This document shows positions 16,646 to 27,424 of a DNA stretch of 64,000 bases, in pieces. The stretch lies in the sequence record DRR378314_818. The stretch is one strand, 5' to 3'. The translations under genes were made by a program, and so were the position numbers. The stretch's first letter is position 1. Each line of letters begins with the position of its first letter. Below the pieces are notes generated by a model that ran no database searches, was not told the origin of the DNA, and was given only the letters and a program-made list of their open reading frames with translations.

Positions 16646-18553
16646 TTACGCGCTCCGCGGTTCAACAAACATCCGGCCACGCATTTCCATGTGCAGCGCA
16701 TGGCAGAACCACTGGCAATAGAACCAGTGCACGCCCGGACGGTCGGCAATGAATGTGACCGAGGCGGTCGCCTGCGGTGCAACTTCCATCGCGATACCGA
16801 AGTTCGACAGGCACAGCCCGTGGGTCACATCGTCCACGTCGTCCAGGTTGGTGACGTAAAGTGTAACCTCATCTCCCTGTTTGACAGTGAACTTCTCAAG
16901 GCTGAAGATCGGCGCGGTCGAGGTCATGTAGACCCGCACCTTGTTGCCGTCGCGGATGGGCTCTTCGGCACCTTCTTCAAGATCGACACCGTCGGCTGCC
17001 GCCTGCTGGCGCGCCTCTTCCCACATCGGGTCATTGCGATCCCAGACGTTGACCGGGTTCACTTTCGACCGATGAACAAGGATCGAGTCATGCGGTTCCG
17101 CAAAGGTCGGGCCGTCATGGACCACCTTCATCTTGTCGCCCGAGATGTCGATCAACTGCTCGTTTTCCGGCTTCAGTGGCCCGACGTTCAGGAAGCGGTC
17201 TTTCGAGAACTTGTTCATCGAAATCAGCCACTTGCCGTCAGCCTCAGCCGTTTCACCCATCGAGGTCGAGTTGTGACCCGGCTGGTAATGCACATCCACC
17301 TTGTCGAGGATCGGGTCAACATCCGAACCACCATAAGCCTCAATCGCCTTGGCGATGTCCCATTTCACAACCTGACTGTCGAGGAACAGGGTGGTATAGG
17401 CATTGCCCTTGCCATCGAACGCGGTGTGAAGCGGGCCAAGACCCAGCTGCGGTTCTGCCACGATCGCCGAGCGCGGATCGGCATTGTCGGCAAACAGCGC
17501 ATCGACCTTCTCCACATCGATCACGGACACGGTCGGCGACAGCTTCCCGTTGATCATGATGTGCTTCTTGTCGGGTGCTGCGTTCACTCCGTGCGGTGAG
17601 TTCGGGATCGGAATGTAACGGGTCAGATCACCACCGGCCTCTTTGCGGCCGTCCACGACTTTGACACCGTTCAGTTCCTGATAATTCCCGGCGGCAACAG
17701 CGTCTTCGATGCCTTTAAGGTTGAACACGACCACATGGTCCAGCTCATTCTCGGTCATCTCGGCCAGGTTCATACCCATTTCAGAGTTGTACGAGGTCGA
17801 GAAGGCGTATTTACCCTGATAGTCACAGTCCGTGTTGTCGAGGTTGCCCGACACCATCACCTGCCATGCGATCTCCATCGTATCACCGTCGATCGCGGTG
17901 AAGATGTTCACGTATTGCGACGGATCGTCGAGGATTTCGCCATCATTGATCAGCGGTGCCTCGTGTTCGCCATTGGCGAAGATATAGCCGGTGCGCGGGT
18001 ATTTCTGCGGGCGCAGGCCGTGGATGTCATGCGCGTTCGGGATCTCGATGATCTTGTCGCATTTCATTACGTCGCAGCGCACACGGGCCACGCGGGTGTT
18101 GGCCTTGTCGTTCATGAACAGATAGCGACCGTCATAGGTACCATCGGTGAACGACATATGCGGGTGGTGCAGGTCGCCATTGTCATAGGTAACCTTGCCG
18201 TTGGCAGCCAGATACGCCTTGGTTTCCGGCAACAACCCTTCGGTCAGGATTTTCAGCGACTCGTTGGTCTGACCCCAACCGGTGGCCGAGCAGCGGTTGA
18301 AGACCGGAATGCGCATCAGTTCGCGCATCGAGGGCACGCCGAGGATACGTACCTCGCCAGTCTGACCCGAGGACCAGAAGCCATAATATTCGTCCAGCTC
18401 GCCAGGCTCCAGATGGGCATTGGCGGCGGCGCTGGCTTCGCGCGCGCTCATCAGGGTCGAGCCGAGGCCGGTCCCTGCAATCACGGCGCCGGTGGCAGTG
18501 GCCCCCAGCATCCCGCGGCGTGTGATGCTTAGTTTGTTTTCTTTGTCCGACAT
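16646..18553 (-). CDS. nosZ: Nitrous oxide reductase (clade I, Tat exported)
   Basis: TRRGMLG Tat signal; DLHHPH, EPHD CuZ motifs; CuA motif [12 protein letters not shown]. Confidence 0.98.
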   Translation of the reverse strand: MSDKENKLSITRRGMLGATATGAVIAGTGLGSTLMSAREASAAANAHLEPGELDEYYGFWSSGQTGEVRILGVPSMRELMRIPVFNRCSATGWGQTNESLKILTEGLLPETKAYLAANGKVTYDNGDLHHPHMSFTDGTYDGRYLFMNDKANTRVARVRCDVMKCDKIIEIPNAHDIHGLRPQKYPRTGYIFANGEHEAPLINDGEILDDPSQYVNIFTAIDGDTMEIAWQVMVSGNLDNTDCDYQGKYAFSTSYNSEMGMNLAEMTENELDHVVVFNLKGIEDAVAAGNYQELNGVKVVDGRKEAGGDLTRYIPIPNSPHGVNAAPDKKHIMINGKLSPTVSVIDVEKVDALFADNADPRSAIVAEPQLGLGPLHTAFDGKGNAYTTLFLDSQVVKWDIAKAIEAYGGSDVDPILDKVDVHYQPGHNSTSMGETAEADGKWLISMNKFSKDRFLNVGPLKPENEQLIDISGDKMKVVHDGPTFAEPHDSILVHRSKVNPVNVWDRNDPMWEEARQQAAADGVDLEEGAEEPIRDGNKVRVYMTSTAPIFSLEKFTVKQGDEVTLYVTNLDDVDDVTHGLCLSNFGIAMEVAPQATASVTFIADRPGVHWFYCQWFCHALHMEMRGRMFVEPRSA

Positions 18554-18568
18554 GATCGTTCCTCCTTT

Positions 18569-20746
18569 TTAGGAAGCGGTTTGCGGTTTGGCGTTTGGAT
18601 GGTTCGCCGGTGGTTGTCCAAGGGGGGTCTTAAGATCGACCGACCCTGTCTTGGCCCGCCGTTTCAACTGGCGGATAACGACGGGACATTTGTCCTCGGA
18701 CTGGTAGAGCACCTGACAATGCAGGCAGGTGACGCACTCGTTCGGATTGATCTCACCGGTGGGGTGGATTGCCTGAACGGGGCATTCGTTGGCGCAGGTT
18801 TGACAGGGGGTGCCGCAATCCTTGTAGCGGCGCAGCCAGTCGAACATGCGAATACGGGCCGGGATCGCCAGCGCCCCACCCAGCGGGCAGAGATAGCGGC
18901 AATAAAACCGTTCGATGAACAGCCCGATCCCCAGCAGCAGCAGCGCAAAGACCACAAACGGCCAGTCGCGCATGAATTTCAGAATGATCGCGGTCTTGAA
19001 CGGCTCGATCTCGGCATATTTCTCGGCCAGCGGGATGGAGACAAAGCTGAGGCCGAAGAGACCAAGGAAGATCATGTATTTCGCGGGCCACAGCCGTTCA
19101 TTCAGACCCCAGGGCAGGGTCCATTGCGGCACTTTCAGTGCCCGTGCGATCTTGTTGGTTAGCTCCTGCAGGGCACCAAACGGGCACAACCAGCCGCAAT
19201 AGGCGCCGCGCCCCCAGAACAGCAAGGCGGCGGCCACGGCGAACCATTGGATGAAAACCAGCGGGTCCAGAAGGAAAGCATCCCAGCTGAAACCTGTTCG
19301 CACACTGCCCGCCAGCGCCATGAGGTTCACCACACTTAGCTGCGCGTTGGCGTACCAACCGATGAAGAACAGTGTCAGCGTCAGGTACCCGATGCGGAAC
19401 CAGTAAAAGACCCGGGCGTTCATCGTGGCGTGGAACTGGAAGAAGAACGTCGCAGTCAGTATCAGCAGCATGACGCCCAGACCGGCAATCTCGACCGTGC
19501 GATCCTTCCAGATGCGTTTCCACAGTGCGGCCTTGGCGGCGGCCTCGTCCGTGGCATCATCAACGACGGTAGGGGCCGCAACCGGCAGCAGGTATTGCTC
19601 GGGCAGTTTGTAGCCCAGATCGAAAGTCAGAAAGGTTTTCTCAACGGCACCCACCGCGCGCTGCACCAGCAATTGCAGGCGGAACGGCTCAGCCGGATCG
19701 AACTCGGCGTCGGCGGGGATTTTGAAGATGTCGAGCTCGGTAAAGCTGGGCGCATCGGTTGCGGCCACCTTACCCAACCGGCGTTGCTGCTTGTCGAAAA
19801 ACCGCACCGAGTTGTCGCCCTGAATCAGCTGAATCCGGTCGAAAATGCCACCCCGGACATAACCCGATCCCTTAAAGCTATAGGCCCCGCGCCCCAACAC
19901 CAGAATGGCCTGCTCGCCCTCGCCCAGCCAGTTCATGAGATTCTGGTATTCGGCTTCCCCCAGCAGCGATTTACCGATCGACGGGACTGAAACCAGCGCC
20001 ATATGCATGTCGATAAAGGTGTCATCCGGCTCACCCGGTTCAGGGCGTTTTGTGGCGCGCTGATCGCCGGTGGCCTCGAACGCGACATTGACCTGCCCGA
20101 TGTCCAGCGTCAGCCGCCGCACCGATCCGTCGCCCGACAACGTGGACCAGTCGTAAACCGCACTCTGCGCCATATCGACTTCGCGTTTGGGTCCATCGGC
20201 CAATACCGGAGACAGACCACCCAGCCCCAGTGCTCGCGCGACCTTGATCCCGCCACGCACAAGGCTGTCGTCGATCACCATGATCGTGACAGTGGCCCCC
20301 GAGATAATGTCGAGGTCATGCCCCTCACCCCCGGTCTCGGCCTCGCGCTTGAGGTCCAGACCGGTATAGCCTTCGGTCAGTTCGACCATGCGGGAATTGG
20401 GGATGCCGATCAGCACGATCGGTTCCGAGTGTTTGACCAGTTGCACGCCGGTCAGCACCGCATCGTCATCAATGGCGGCAACCACATGGATGGGTTTGCC
20501 GGAATAACCCGTCGTGCCCACGAAGTCAGAGGTCAGGAATGCCCAGGCAATGGTCTCACCCCCCTTCAGAACGGGGGCAACCTTGACGTCATCGCGGACC
20601 GGGCCAAAGCCATCGGCACCAGGTGCCAGATCGGCGGGTTCGATTTCAGGAAGGAAGCTGGCAAGACTGTCGGCATGGGCACTGATCGCCATCAGGCAGG
20701 ACAGTGTGAAAGCCAGCAGGAAATGGATTGCGCGACTTACGACCAC
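18569..20746 (-). CDS. nosR: NosR flavoprotein/Fe-S membrane protein
   Basis: DIISGAT flavinylation motif, YCGWLCPFG, YCRYLCPLG, two ferredoxin-type Cys clusters. Confidence 0.95.
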   Translation of the reverse strand: MVVSRAIHFLLAFTLSCLMAISAHADSLASFLPEIEPADLAPGADGFGPVRDDVKVAPVLKGGETIAWAFLTSDFVGTTGYSGKPIHVVAAIDDDAVLTGVQLVKHSEPIVLIGIPNSRMVELTEGYTGLDLKREAETGGEGHDLDIISGATVTIMVIDDSLVRGGIKVARALGLGGLSPVLADGPKREVDMAQSAVYDWSTLSGDGSVRRLTLDIGQVNVAFEATGDQRATKRPEPGEPDDTFIDMHMALVSVPSIGKSLLGEAEYQNLMNWLGEGEQAILVLGRGAYSFKGSGYVRGGIFDRIQLIQGDNSVRFFDKQQRRLGKVAATDAPSFTELDIFKIPADAEFDPAEPFRLQLLVQRAVGAVEKTFLTFDLGYKLPEQYLLPVAAPTVVDDATDEAAAKAALWKRIWKDRTVEIAGLGVMLLILTATFFFQFHATMNARVFYWFRIGYLTLTLFFIGWYANAQLSVVNLMALAGSVRTGFSWDAFLLDPLVFIQWFAVAAALLFWGRGAYCGWLCPFGALQELTNKIARALKVPQWTLPWGLNERLWPAKYMIFLGLFGLSFVSIPLAEKYAEIEPFKTAIILKFMRDWPFVVFALLLLGIGLFIERFYCRYLCPLGGALAIPARIRMFDWLRRYKDCGTPCQTCANECPVQAIHPTGEINPNECVTCLHCQVLYQSEDKCPVVIRQLKRRAKTGSVDLKTPLGQPPANHPNAKPQTAS

Positions 20747-21201
20747 GGCGCACCTCCGATAGTTTGGGTGGGCACCATGGACGCGCGCAGGGCGCGTTCA
20801 GTTATGTCTAGGGTCGGTTGCGGGGGGCCTCGGGTTTCGGGCCACCGCCAATTTGAGTTGTACAACTCGAAAGAAACGCTGTTCTGACCCTGTACAACAC
20901 GGACGAAATCCGAATACGCGACCGCCAGCACCTGCGGCACAGGTGCCGCGCTGGTGATCGCACACAATGCGCAATCGGCGCATTTCGGGCAATACGCGGT
21001 CGGGTCTTCGGCATCCTCCTCAAGATCAACCTCAACCCAGACCGCGCCGCCTTCCGAGCAGATCTCCACCCAGACACTTTCGCCAGTACTCGCCAATGCC
21101 GGCCCAAAGGTCTGCAACAACAGAAGAAATATGCCCGCCAACCCACAAACCGCGCGAAAGGCGCGTGCAGGGAGAATGTGCAGAGGGGTCAGCGCAGGCA
21201 T
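20737..21201 (-). CDS. nosC: NosC-like / DUF2946-like protein
   Basis: Signal-like N-terminus, EICS, CPKCADCALC, RGPP; directly upstream of and overlapping nosR. Confidence 0.65.
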   Translation of the reverse strand: MPALTPLHILPARAFRAVCGLAGIFLLLLQTFGPALASTGESVWVEICSEGGAVWVEVDLEEDAEDPTAYCPKCADCALCAITSAAPVPQVLAVAYSDFVRVVQGQNSVSFELYNSNWRWPETRGPPQPTLDITERALRASMVPTQTIGGAPWS

Positions 21202-21260
21202 GGAGACTCCGACTCGGGAAGCTACGCCTCGTGTTCTAAGGGATTCTCTCAGCGCGATAC

Positions 21261-21274
21261 TTGACTTAGGTTAG
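21261..21274. promoter_or_regulatory. Degenerate FNR/DNR-type box upstream of nosC
   Basis: TTGAC-TTAG-GTTAG. Confidence 0.5.
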
Positions 21275-21306
21275 GTGCGGCGGCGTTCTGATTTTATGAT
21301 TTAAAA

Positions 21307-21570
21307 TCAATCATCTGACTCATCCATAAGCCCACGCACCCATCGCCCGGCCAGCCAGGTCGCAGGGATGCCCAGAGGGATCGACCAAACCAACGCCGTT
21401 ACCGGCTCGATTATACCGAACCCCGCGCTATGGGCGATCAATCCAGCCAAAAACAGGTTGATGGCAACGGTCAACGCGGTGGCCGGATAAAGCAGGATGG
21501 CCAGCTTCCAGACCGGCCATTTACCCTCAGTGGCTGGTGCCTTCCGAGAAGGTGATTTTGTTCCAGACAT
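21307..21570 (-). CDS. nnrT: NnrT-like small membrane protein
   Basis: LLYP...AINLF...GIPATWLAGRWVRGLMDE pattern; the only in-frame ATG overlaps the nirN 3' end by 44 nt. Confidence 0.65.
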   Translation of the reverse strand: MSGTKSPSRKAPATEGKWPVWKLAILLYPATALTVAINLFLAGLIAHSAGFGIIEPVTALVWSIPLGIPATWLAGRWVRGLMDESDD

Positions 21571-23170
21571 TGTACTTTCCAGACGGTTTGCGCATCGGCA
21601 GGCGGCGCACTTCTTCAAGCGTCAGCGCGTCATAGACGATCACTGCACCGTCATCTTCCCAGATCGAAACCAACGCATGACTTCCGTCTTTCGTGAATTC
21701 GACATGGGCTACGGTCTTGCCCGGTGCAGGGCGCAAAGTTCTCACAATTTCAAGGCTTTGCTTGTCGATTACGTGCATCGCATCCTTGTTCGGACCAAAG
21801 AACACATCGGCCCAAACGTAAGGAGAATTCTCATGGCTGCGCATAAAGAACCCGGGCCCCTCGGTCTTGATCCGCTTGACGGTTTCCCATGTTTCCATGT
21901 CGATCACCGAGACCGTGCCATCGGTCAGGTGCGGCGTCGCCATCACCGTCGTATCACCATGTTTCCAGGTAATGCCAGACCCAAGATGCGGCATCCCCGG
22001 CAGATCCAGATCGGCCACCTTGTGTCCGATGACCAGATCGATCACCTGCCCGCCCTTACCATCGCGGGACGCCCCCATGACGTATTCATAGCTCTGGTCG
22101 AAAAAGAAATCGTCCAGATAGTCAGGCGTGGTGATTTTGCGCACAGGGAACGGATTGGGATTCTTGAACTGACCCTCAATACGGAAGTCGTGGCCAATGC
22201 CGGATTGCGGTGGGTTGTCCCCATAAAAGACCTCCCAAATCTCTGGCACATCTTTCAGCGCCAGTACAAAGCTTTCGCGCGGGGGGGCTTGATAGACGGC
22301 TGAAACCCGGCTTGGGTTTCCCTTTTTGCTTTTAATCTCAATGACTTTCGCGACTGACAAGTCCTCGGTTGAAAGCAATGTCAATGAGTTTGGTAAATAG
22401 TTCGCCACGGCAACCCATTTACCGTCGCCCGACATGGCGATGTTACGGCTGTTCAGGCCTGCGCGGACGCGCCCCACCTGCTTCAGCGCCCAGATGTCAT
22501 ATTTCTGAACCCAACCATCGCGGGACATGATGAAGACGTACCGCCCATCCGGGCTGAACTTCGGCCCCCCATGCACCGCAAAGGGCGTCTCGAACCGGTC
22601 CAGTACTTCAAAGGTATCACCGTCAAGAACGCTGACATGGTGATCGCCGGTCTCCACGGCCAGCGTGATATTCATCGGATCGCTGTCCCACACGGGGCCA
22701 TCCACTGGCGCATAGTCGTCGTCCAGAATACGGCTGGCCATGATATCGGCCTCATCCCATTCGGGGTTGCTCTCCAGCGGAGATTTCAGCCATCCCGCTA
22801 GCTCCTCGATCTGCAGCGCATCTAGTTCATGCGAAAACGCAGGCATCTGCGTGGCCGTACGCCCCTCGGCGATCACCGACGCTACGCGCGGCCCTCGCAT
22901 GCGTTTCAGTGTCTCGGGGATCAGCGCAGGGCCAACGCCGCCCAGACGGTTCTCGCCGTGGCAAGACGCACAATGCTCAGCATAATCCGTTGATGCATCC
23001 GCTTGCGCCATCGCCGCTGTCCCGGCAAGCGCTATGCTGGCTAGAAACAGACCAACCCTCTGCTTCTTCTTGTTCCGAATACGGCCGCCGGAGGCTCCTG
23101 CACACGCCACTCGCATATTGGCTGGGCGCACAGAGCCATCGGTTTCAAAAGAACTGATGCGCCGGATCAT
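21527..23170 (-). CDS. nirN: NirN, cytochrome c + d1-type propeller (dihydro-heme d1 dehydrogenase)
   Basis: [35 protein letters not shown]; start placed at MIRR (uncertain). Confidence 0.9.
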   Translation of the reverse strand: MIRRISSFETDGSVRPANMRVACAGASGGRIRNKKKQRVGLFLASIALAGTAAMAQADASTDYAEHCASCHGENRLGGVGPALIPETLKRMRGPRVASVIAEGRTATQMPAFSHELDALQIEELAGWLKSPLESNPEWDEADIMASRILDDDYAPVDGPVWDSDPMNITLAVETGDHHVSVLDGDTFEVLDRFETPFAVHGGPKFSPDGRYVFIMSRDGWVQKYDIWALKQVGRVRAGLNSRNIAMSGDGKWVAVANYLPNSLTLLSTEDLSVAKVIEIKSKKGNPSRVSAVYQAPPRESFVLALKDVPEIWEVFYGDNPPQSGIGHDFRIEGQFKNPNPFPVRKITTPDYLDDFFFDQSYEYVMGASRDGKGGQVIDLVIGHKVADLDLPGMPHLGSGITWKHGDTTVMATPHLTDGTVSVIDMETWETVKRIKTEGPGFFMRSHENSPYVWADVFFGPNKDAMHVIDKQSLEIVRTLRPAPGKTVAHVEFTKDGSHALVSIWEDDGAVIVYDALTLEEVRRLPMRKPSGKYNVWNKITFSEGTSH

Positions 23171-24359
23171 GGCGTTTCCCCCGGAACGGTGTGACTTGCA
23201 GACGCTCACCCGCATCCGTGACACCGATTTCTTGGTTGGATAGATAACAAGCAGGATCTTCGGCCCAGGGATCTCCGGTCAGTTGCAGCGCCCGAATGCG
23301 GGTGTTTCCACCGCAGACATCCTTCAGCTGACAGGCCCCACAGCGCCCTTTCAGTGGGCGCGGACGGGTACGCAGCATGGCAAGCATCGGGTCATCGCCG
23401 GTCCAAAGCTCTGAGAACGATTTGGTCTTCACGTTGCCGACCGTGTAATCCGACCAGTAGGTGTCGGGATGCACGCGGCCCAGATTGTCGATATTTGCCA
23501 CGCCCAACCCGCTGGAATTGCCACCCCATGCGGCCAGATGCTCGCGCACATGGCGGGCTTTATCTTCATCGAAGTGATCACTTACCCAGTTCAGGAAATA
23601 CCCGGCATCGGCATCGTTGTTGCCGGTTACAACGTCCAGTGGTCGCCCGCCCGAGGCGGCCTCCCATGCGCGCTCCAACAGCAGGTCCATGCCTTTGCGG
23701 GTCCGCAGGTGCTCGGCATCCTCGCCCCGGTTCTTGTCGCCGCGCCCGGCATAGACGAGGTGAGACAGGTAGAACTTATCGACACCTTCGTCGTCACATA
23801 GCTGCAACAGGTCGGGCAGGTGGTGCTGTGTGCCCTCGGTCAGGCAAAAGCGCAGTCCGACCTTGATGCCGCGCTTCTTGCATTCGCGCACGCCGCGCAG
23901 GGCGTCGGCAAAGGCACCTTCGACACCTCGGAACCAGTCATTCGTGGCCCCGATCCCGTCCAGCGAGATGCCAACATAGCTAAAGCCCACATCGGCAATC
24001 ATGTCAGCGGATTCGTCGTAAATCCGTGTACCATTGGTCGACAGCGCCAACATCGGCACCAGATCGCGGGCCCGTTTGGCGATGTCGTAGAAATCGAACC
24101 GGTCCAGCGGTTCCCCACCCGAGAGGATCAGGGCCGGGACGCGAAACTGGCCCAGATCCTCAAGGGTTACCATAGCTTGCTCATGGCTGAGCTCACCAGG
24201 GAATGCCACATCCGCCGAGACGGTATAGCAATGGCGACATTTCAGATTACACCGTCGCGTCAGGTTCCAGATCACCACAGGTTTCACGGGCCCGGGGCGG
24301 CGTTTGCGCACCGGAGTTGGATTGACGAGTTGGTGCATGTATTCAGTCAGGCGGAACAT
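23145..24359 (-). CDS. nirJ: Radical SAM heme d1 biosynthesis protein NirJ
   Basis: CNLKCRHC radical SAM motif; C-terminal SPASM cysteines; PVVIWNL. Confidence 0.95.
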   Translation of the reverse strand: MFRLTEYMHQLVNPTPVRKRRPGPVKPVVIWNLTRRCNLKCRHCYTVSADVAFPGELSHEQAMVTLEDLGQFRVPALILSGGEPLDRFDFYDIAKRARDLVPMLALSTNGTRIYDESADMIADVGFSYVGISLDGIGATNDWFRGVEGAFADALRGVRECKKRGIKVGLRFCLTEGTQHHLPDLLQLCDDEGVDKFYLSHLVYAGRGDKNRGEDAEHLRTRKGMDLLLERAWEAASGGRPLDVVTGNNDADAGYFLNWVSDHFDEDKARHVREHLAAWGGNSSGLGVANIDNLGRVHPDTYWSDYTVGNVKTKSFSELWTGDDPMLAMLRTRPRPLKGRCGACQLKDVCGGNTRIRALQLTGDPWAEDPACYLSNQEIGVTDAGERLQVTPFRGKRHDPAHQFF

Positions 24360-24362
24360 GTC

Positions 24363-24845
24363 TCAGCCTTTCTTTTTCAGGCGCAGCCCGGTCTTTTTCA
24401 GGATACGTGTGGAATAAAGGATATCGTTCGCTCGATAGGCATCACCGAGAATCACAGAGATCTCAGCGCGCTTTTCCTCGACCTCTTGTCCGTCTGACCC
24501 ATGAACCATTGCAAACAGATTGTAAGGCCAGTCGGGCAGCGCCCGCGGGCGTTCGTAGCAATGGGTGACGAAGGGCAGGGCCCCGATCTGAGCGCCCAAT
24601 TCGGCGACACGATCGTCCTCGACATCCCAGACGGTCATGCCGTTCGAGGTCATTCCCAACTTAAAGTGGTTGGGGGCCGCCGCGATGCGCCGGATGACGC
24701 CGCGGGATTTCATGTCGGCCAGACGATACATCAGGGCTTCTTCGTTAAGTCCAAGCGTTTCGGCCACCTGCGCGAATGGTTTAGGCACAAGGGGCAGGCC
24801 GCTTTGCAACGCTTCGATAATCTCTCTGTCTTTCGTATCGATCAT
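24363..24845 (-). CDS. nirH: Siroheme decarboxylase subunit NirH
   Basis: Lrp-like; HCYERPRALPDWPYNLFAMVHG, ILKKTG; ATGA overlap with nirG. Confidence 0.9.
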   Translation of the reverse strand: MIDTKDREIIEALQSGLPLVPKPFAQVAETLGLNEEALMYRLADMKSRGVIRRIAAAPNHFKLGMTSNGMTVWDVEDDRVAELGAQIGALPFVTHCYERPRALPDWPYNLFAMVHGSDGQEVEEKRAEISVILGDAYRANDILYSTRILKKTGLRLKKKG

Positions 24846-25291
24846 GCTGCCACCCGGAAGCCGATGAAGAATTCCTGAAGTTTGGGGAATTGCAGGACCG
24901 CGATCCCGGTTTCCCGTTCGATTGCCTCGGCAGTGTTTGTGATCCCTTCGGGTGTTTCTGTCGCCAGAACAAACCACATGTTCAGCCGGTGCGTGCGTTC
25001 ATAATTGTGTGCAACCTCGGGGTGCGCATTGACTTTGGTCAGGACAGTTTCGAAATCCTCGGTCGGCACCGCCATGGCGCACAAGCAGAACGCTCCACCC
25101 AACGCGGCTGCATCGAAAAAGGGGCCAAAGCGGGTGATCACGCGCGCATCCTTCATCCGCGACATGCGGTCCAGCAGATCATCTTCGGTGAGACCCAGCT
25201 CCTTGGCCACTGCGGCATAGGGATGCGAAACCAAAGGCAGATCATCCTGCATCCGGTTCAGGATCGTACGGTCGGTCTTGTCCAGTTTCAT
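24842..25291 (-). CDS. nirG: Siroheme decarboxylase subunit NirG
   Basis: RFGPFFDA, AHNYER.H.LNMWFV. Confidence 0.9.
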   Translation of the reverse strand: MKLDKTDRTILNRMQDDLPLVSHPYAAVAKELGLTEDDLLDRMSRMKDARVITRFGPFFDAAALGGAFCLCAMAVPTEDFETVLTKVNAHPEVAHNYERTHRLNMWFVLATETPEGITNTAEAIERETGIAVLQFPKLQEFFIGFRVAA

Positions 25292-26277
25292 GCGGCAGCC
25301 TCTTTCGGTTGGATCAGCGCACCGGTCTGTTTGAAGCAGCGGGTCGAGAACAGCACTTTGTTGCGCACGCCTGCCAACTCCGGCAGGGCTTGTGCCTCAG
25401 CCAGCACCTCAAGCGCTTCGCTGCGCGACCGGGCATGGATCATGGAATACAGGCGATAGGGCCAGACATCTTCGACCGGGTTACGCTCATAGCACAGTGT
25501 CACGCCGGGATGTGCCGCAAGCGCAGGACCAGCGGTGCCAACCTGTTCGGCTGGCATGTCCCAGACCACCATTGCGTTGGCGGACCAGCCCAAAGCACGA
25601 TGGCGCACGATGACGCCGAGGCGAGAGATGATGCCAGATCGGTGCAAGATCTCAAGGCGCTCCATCACGTTGCCTGTGCTGCGGTTCAGTGTCTGGGCCA
25701 GAGCCGCATAAGGTTCAGCGACCAGCGACAGGCCGGAACTGAGCGCTTGCAACAAGGGCCGGTCGCCCTCGCGCATGGCCGAACAATCAACCCTTCGTGG
25801 GCGGGGAACAGTGCGGGTTTTGCCCGACATGCGGAACCCCAGATCGACATTGAATGGGCGCACCAACCGCAGGTCCAGAACCCGCAGTCCCGTGCGATGG
25901 CTAATCCGCGCAAGCGTGTCGTTCACATGTGCCCGGTCCGGTCCAGTGGCCACAAACCACAGGTTCCAGTCGTCCTCGCGCTGGTAGTTGTGGTTCACGC
26001 CGGGTTCCGCGTCGATCAGGGCGGCGACCTCTTCCAGCCGCTCAGTAGGTGCGGCGACGGCAGCCAAAGTGCTGGCTGCAACCGCGCCGGGTGCAATCGT
26101 CGCGCCAACCCGCGTGATGCGTCCGGTCTTGCGCATCCGTTCCAGCCGATCGAGCACTTCGGCCTCGTCCAGACCCAGCGCGTCGGCCAGAACCTGAAAC
26201 GGGCGCTCGGCGATGGGAAAGTCACGCTGGAATTCGTCCAGCAGGCGGCGGTCGATAGGGTCGGTTATATGCTGCAT
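25288..26277 (-). CDS. nirD: Fused siroheme decarboxylase NirD/L
   Basis: Two tandem Lrp-like units (NHNYQRE..WNLWFV; LCYER...WPYRLYSMIH); start at MQHITD. Confidence 0.88.
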   Translation of the reverse strand: MQHITDPIDRRLLDEFQRDFPIAERPFQVLADALGLDEAEVLDRLERMRKTGRITRVGATIAPGAVAASTLAAVAAPTERLEEVAALIDAEPGVNHNYQREDDWNLWFVATGPDRAHVNDTLARISHRTGLRVLDLRLVRPFNVDLGFRMSGKTRTVPRPRRVDCSAMREGDRPLLQALSSGLSLVAEPYAALAQTLNRSTGNVMERLEILHRSGIISRLGVIVRHRALGWSANAMVVWDMPAEQVGTAGPALAAHPGVTLCYERNPVEDVWPYRLYSMIHARSRSEALEVLAEAQALPELAGVRNKVLFSTRCFKQTGALIQPKEAAA

Positions 26278-26278
26278 A

Positions 26279-27424
26279 TCAAAGCCCCGTTCTATGTGCT
26301 CGGGCGGTGAAGAAGATGCCGGATGGGCTGTTCGCATCGATCTCGCGCAGCTTTTCGAAACTTTGCGTGTCGTAGACCATGACCTTGCCCGCGTCGCGTA
26401 CACTGATCCACACCTCATGACCGCGGGGTGTGAACTCCATATGCAGCACGGCTGGACCCGGTTTGAATTCGTGGATGATCTCTTTGCTGACACTGTCGAT
26501 GACCTGGATCGTATCGTTCAGTGGGTGGGCGAAGTTCACCCAAACCTGCCGCCCGTCGGGACGGGCCATGGCAAAGACCGGCTGGCCGTGGGTTTTGGTG
26601 CGTCCGGTCTCGGTCAGGGTATCGGCATCGATCCACAGAACCTCGTGATGGCCGACGGCAGGCAGAACGAACTCGCGACCCGTCAGCGCCCAGCCTTCGA
26701 GATGGGGCATCTTGTAGACCGGCATGTCTTCCTGCCCGCGCCCATAGTTGGGTAGCACGCGGATCGGTTCAGGTGTTTCGGCCCACAGGTCCAACGCGGT
26801 CAGGCCATCCTCGCCAAACAAACCGGTGATATAGGTGCGACCATTGGCAGTGATCAGCGCGTCATAGGGGTTTTTGCCCATGTCAGGGATTTTGGTGATC
26901 TTAGGATCACCCTTGGCGAAATCGGCAATCCAGGTTTCGCCCGTGTCCCACATGGTAAAGACGAACCGACGACCGGGCGCATCGACCAGACCGATAGTTT
27001 TGCTGCCGGTCGGGATATCCGCGACCATATCCAGCGCGTCTGCATCGAAGACCCGTACACCGCCGGGCTCATAATTCGATACAGCAACCAATTTGCCGTC
27101 ATCTGAAATGGCGCCGCCAATGGCGTTGCCCGCCTGTATCACGCGGTTCATGATCTGGCGGGTGACGATATCAACCTTGGTCAGCCCGCCATCGCGCCCA
27201 AAGACATAGGCAAAGCGTTCATCGGGCGAATAGACCAACGAGGCGTGGGACAGATCGCCCAACCCTTCGATCCGGGCCAGTGCGGCGCGGTCAGACTGAT
27301 CCACCAGCAGCACCGAGCCATTGGCCCTTTCAATCACAAGGCCGAGGTCTCCGGTTGCGGTAGGCTCGGCTTGGGCTGTGGTCATCAGCAGGGTAGTGGC
27401 AAGGGTGAGGATGAGGGTTTTCAT
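26279..27424 (-). CDS. nirF: Heme d1 biosynthesis protein NirF
   Basis: TGDLGLVIERA, GDLSHAS, YKMPHLEGW, PSGIFFTARA; signal peptide MKTLIL. Confidence 0.93.
   Translation of the reverse strand: MKTLILTLATTLLMTTAQAEPTATGDLGLVIERANGSVLLVDQSDRAALARIEGLGDLSHASLVYSPDERFAYVFGRDGGLTKVDIVTRQIMNRVIQAGNAIGGAISDDGKLVAVSNYEPGGVRVFDADALDMVADIPTGSKTIGLVDAPGRRFVFTMWDTGETWIADFAKGDPKITKIPDMGKNPYDALITANGRTYITGLFGEDGLTALDLWAETPEPIRVLPNYGRGQEDMPVYKMPHLEGWALTGREFVLPAVGHHEVLWIDADTLTETGRTKTHGQPVFAMARPDGRQVWVNFAHPLNDTIQVIDSVSKEIIHEFKPGPAVLHMEFTPRGHEVWISVRDAGKVMVYDTQSFEKLREIDANSPSGIFFTARAHRTGL

Noticed and set aside
15385-16782. Long ORF-track starts for nosD (also nirD, nirF, nirH, nirE, napD, hemA, ilvE)
   Set aside because: The extensions overlap upstream genes or lack an RBS; downstream ATGs give proper signal peptides or stop/start coupling.
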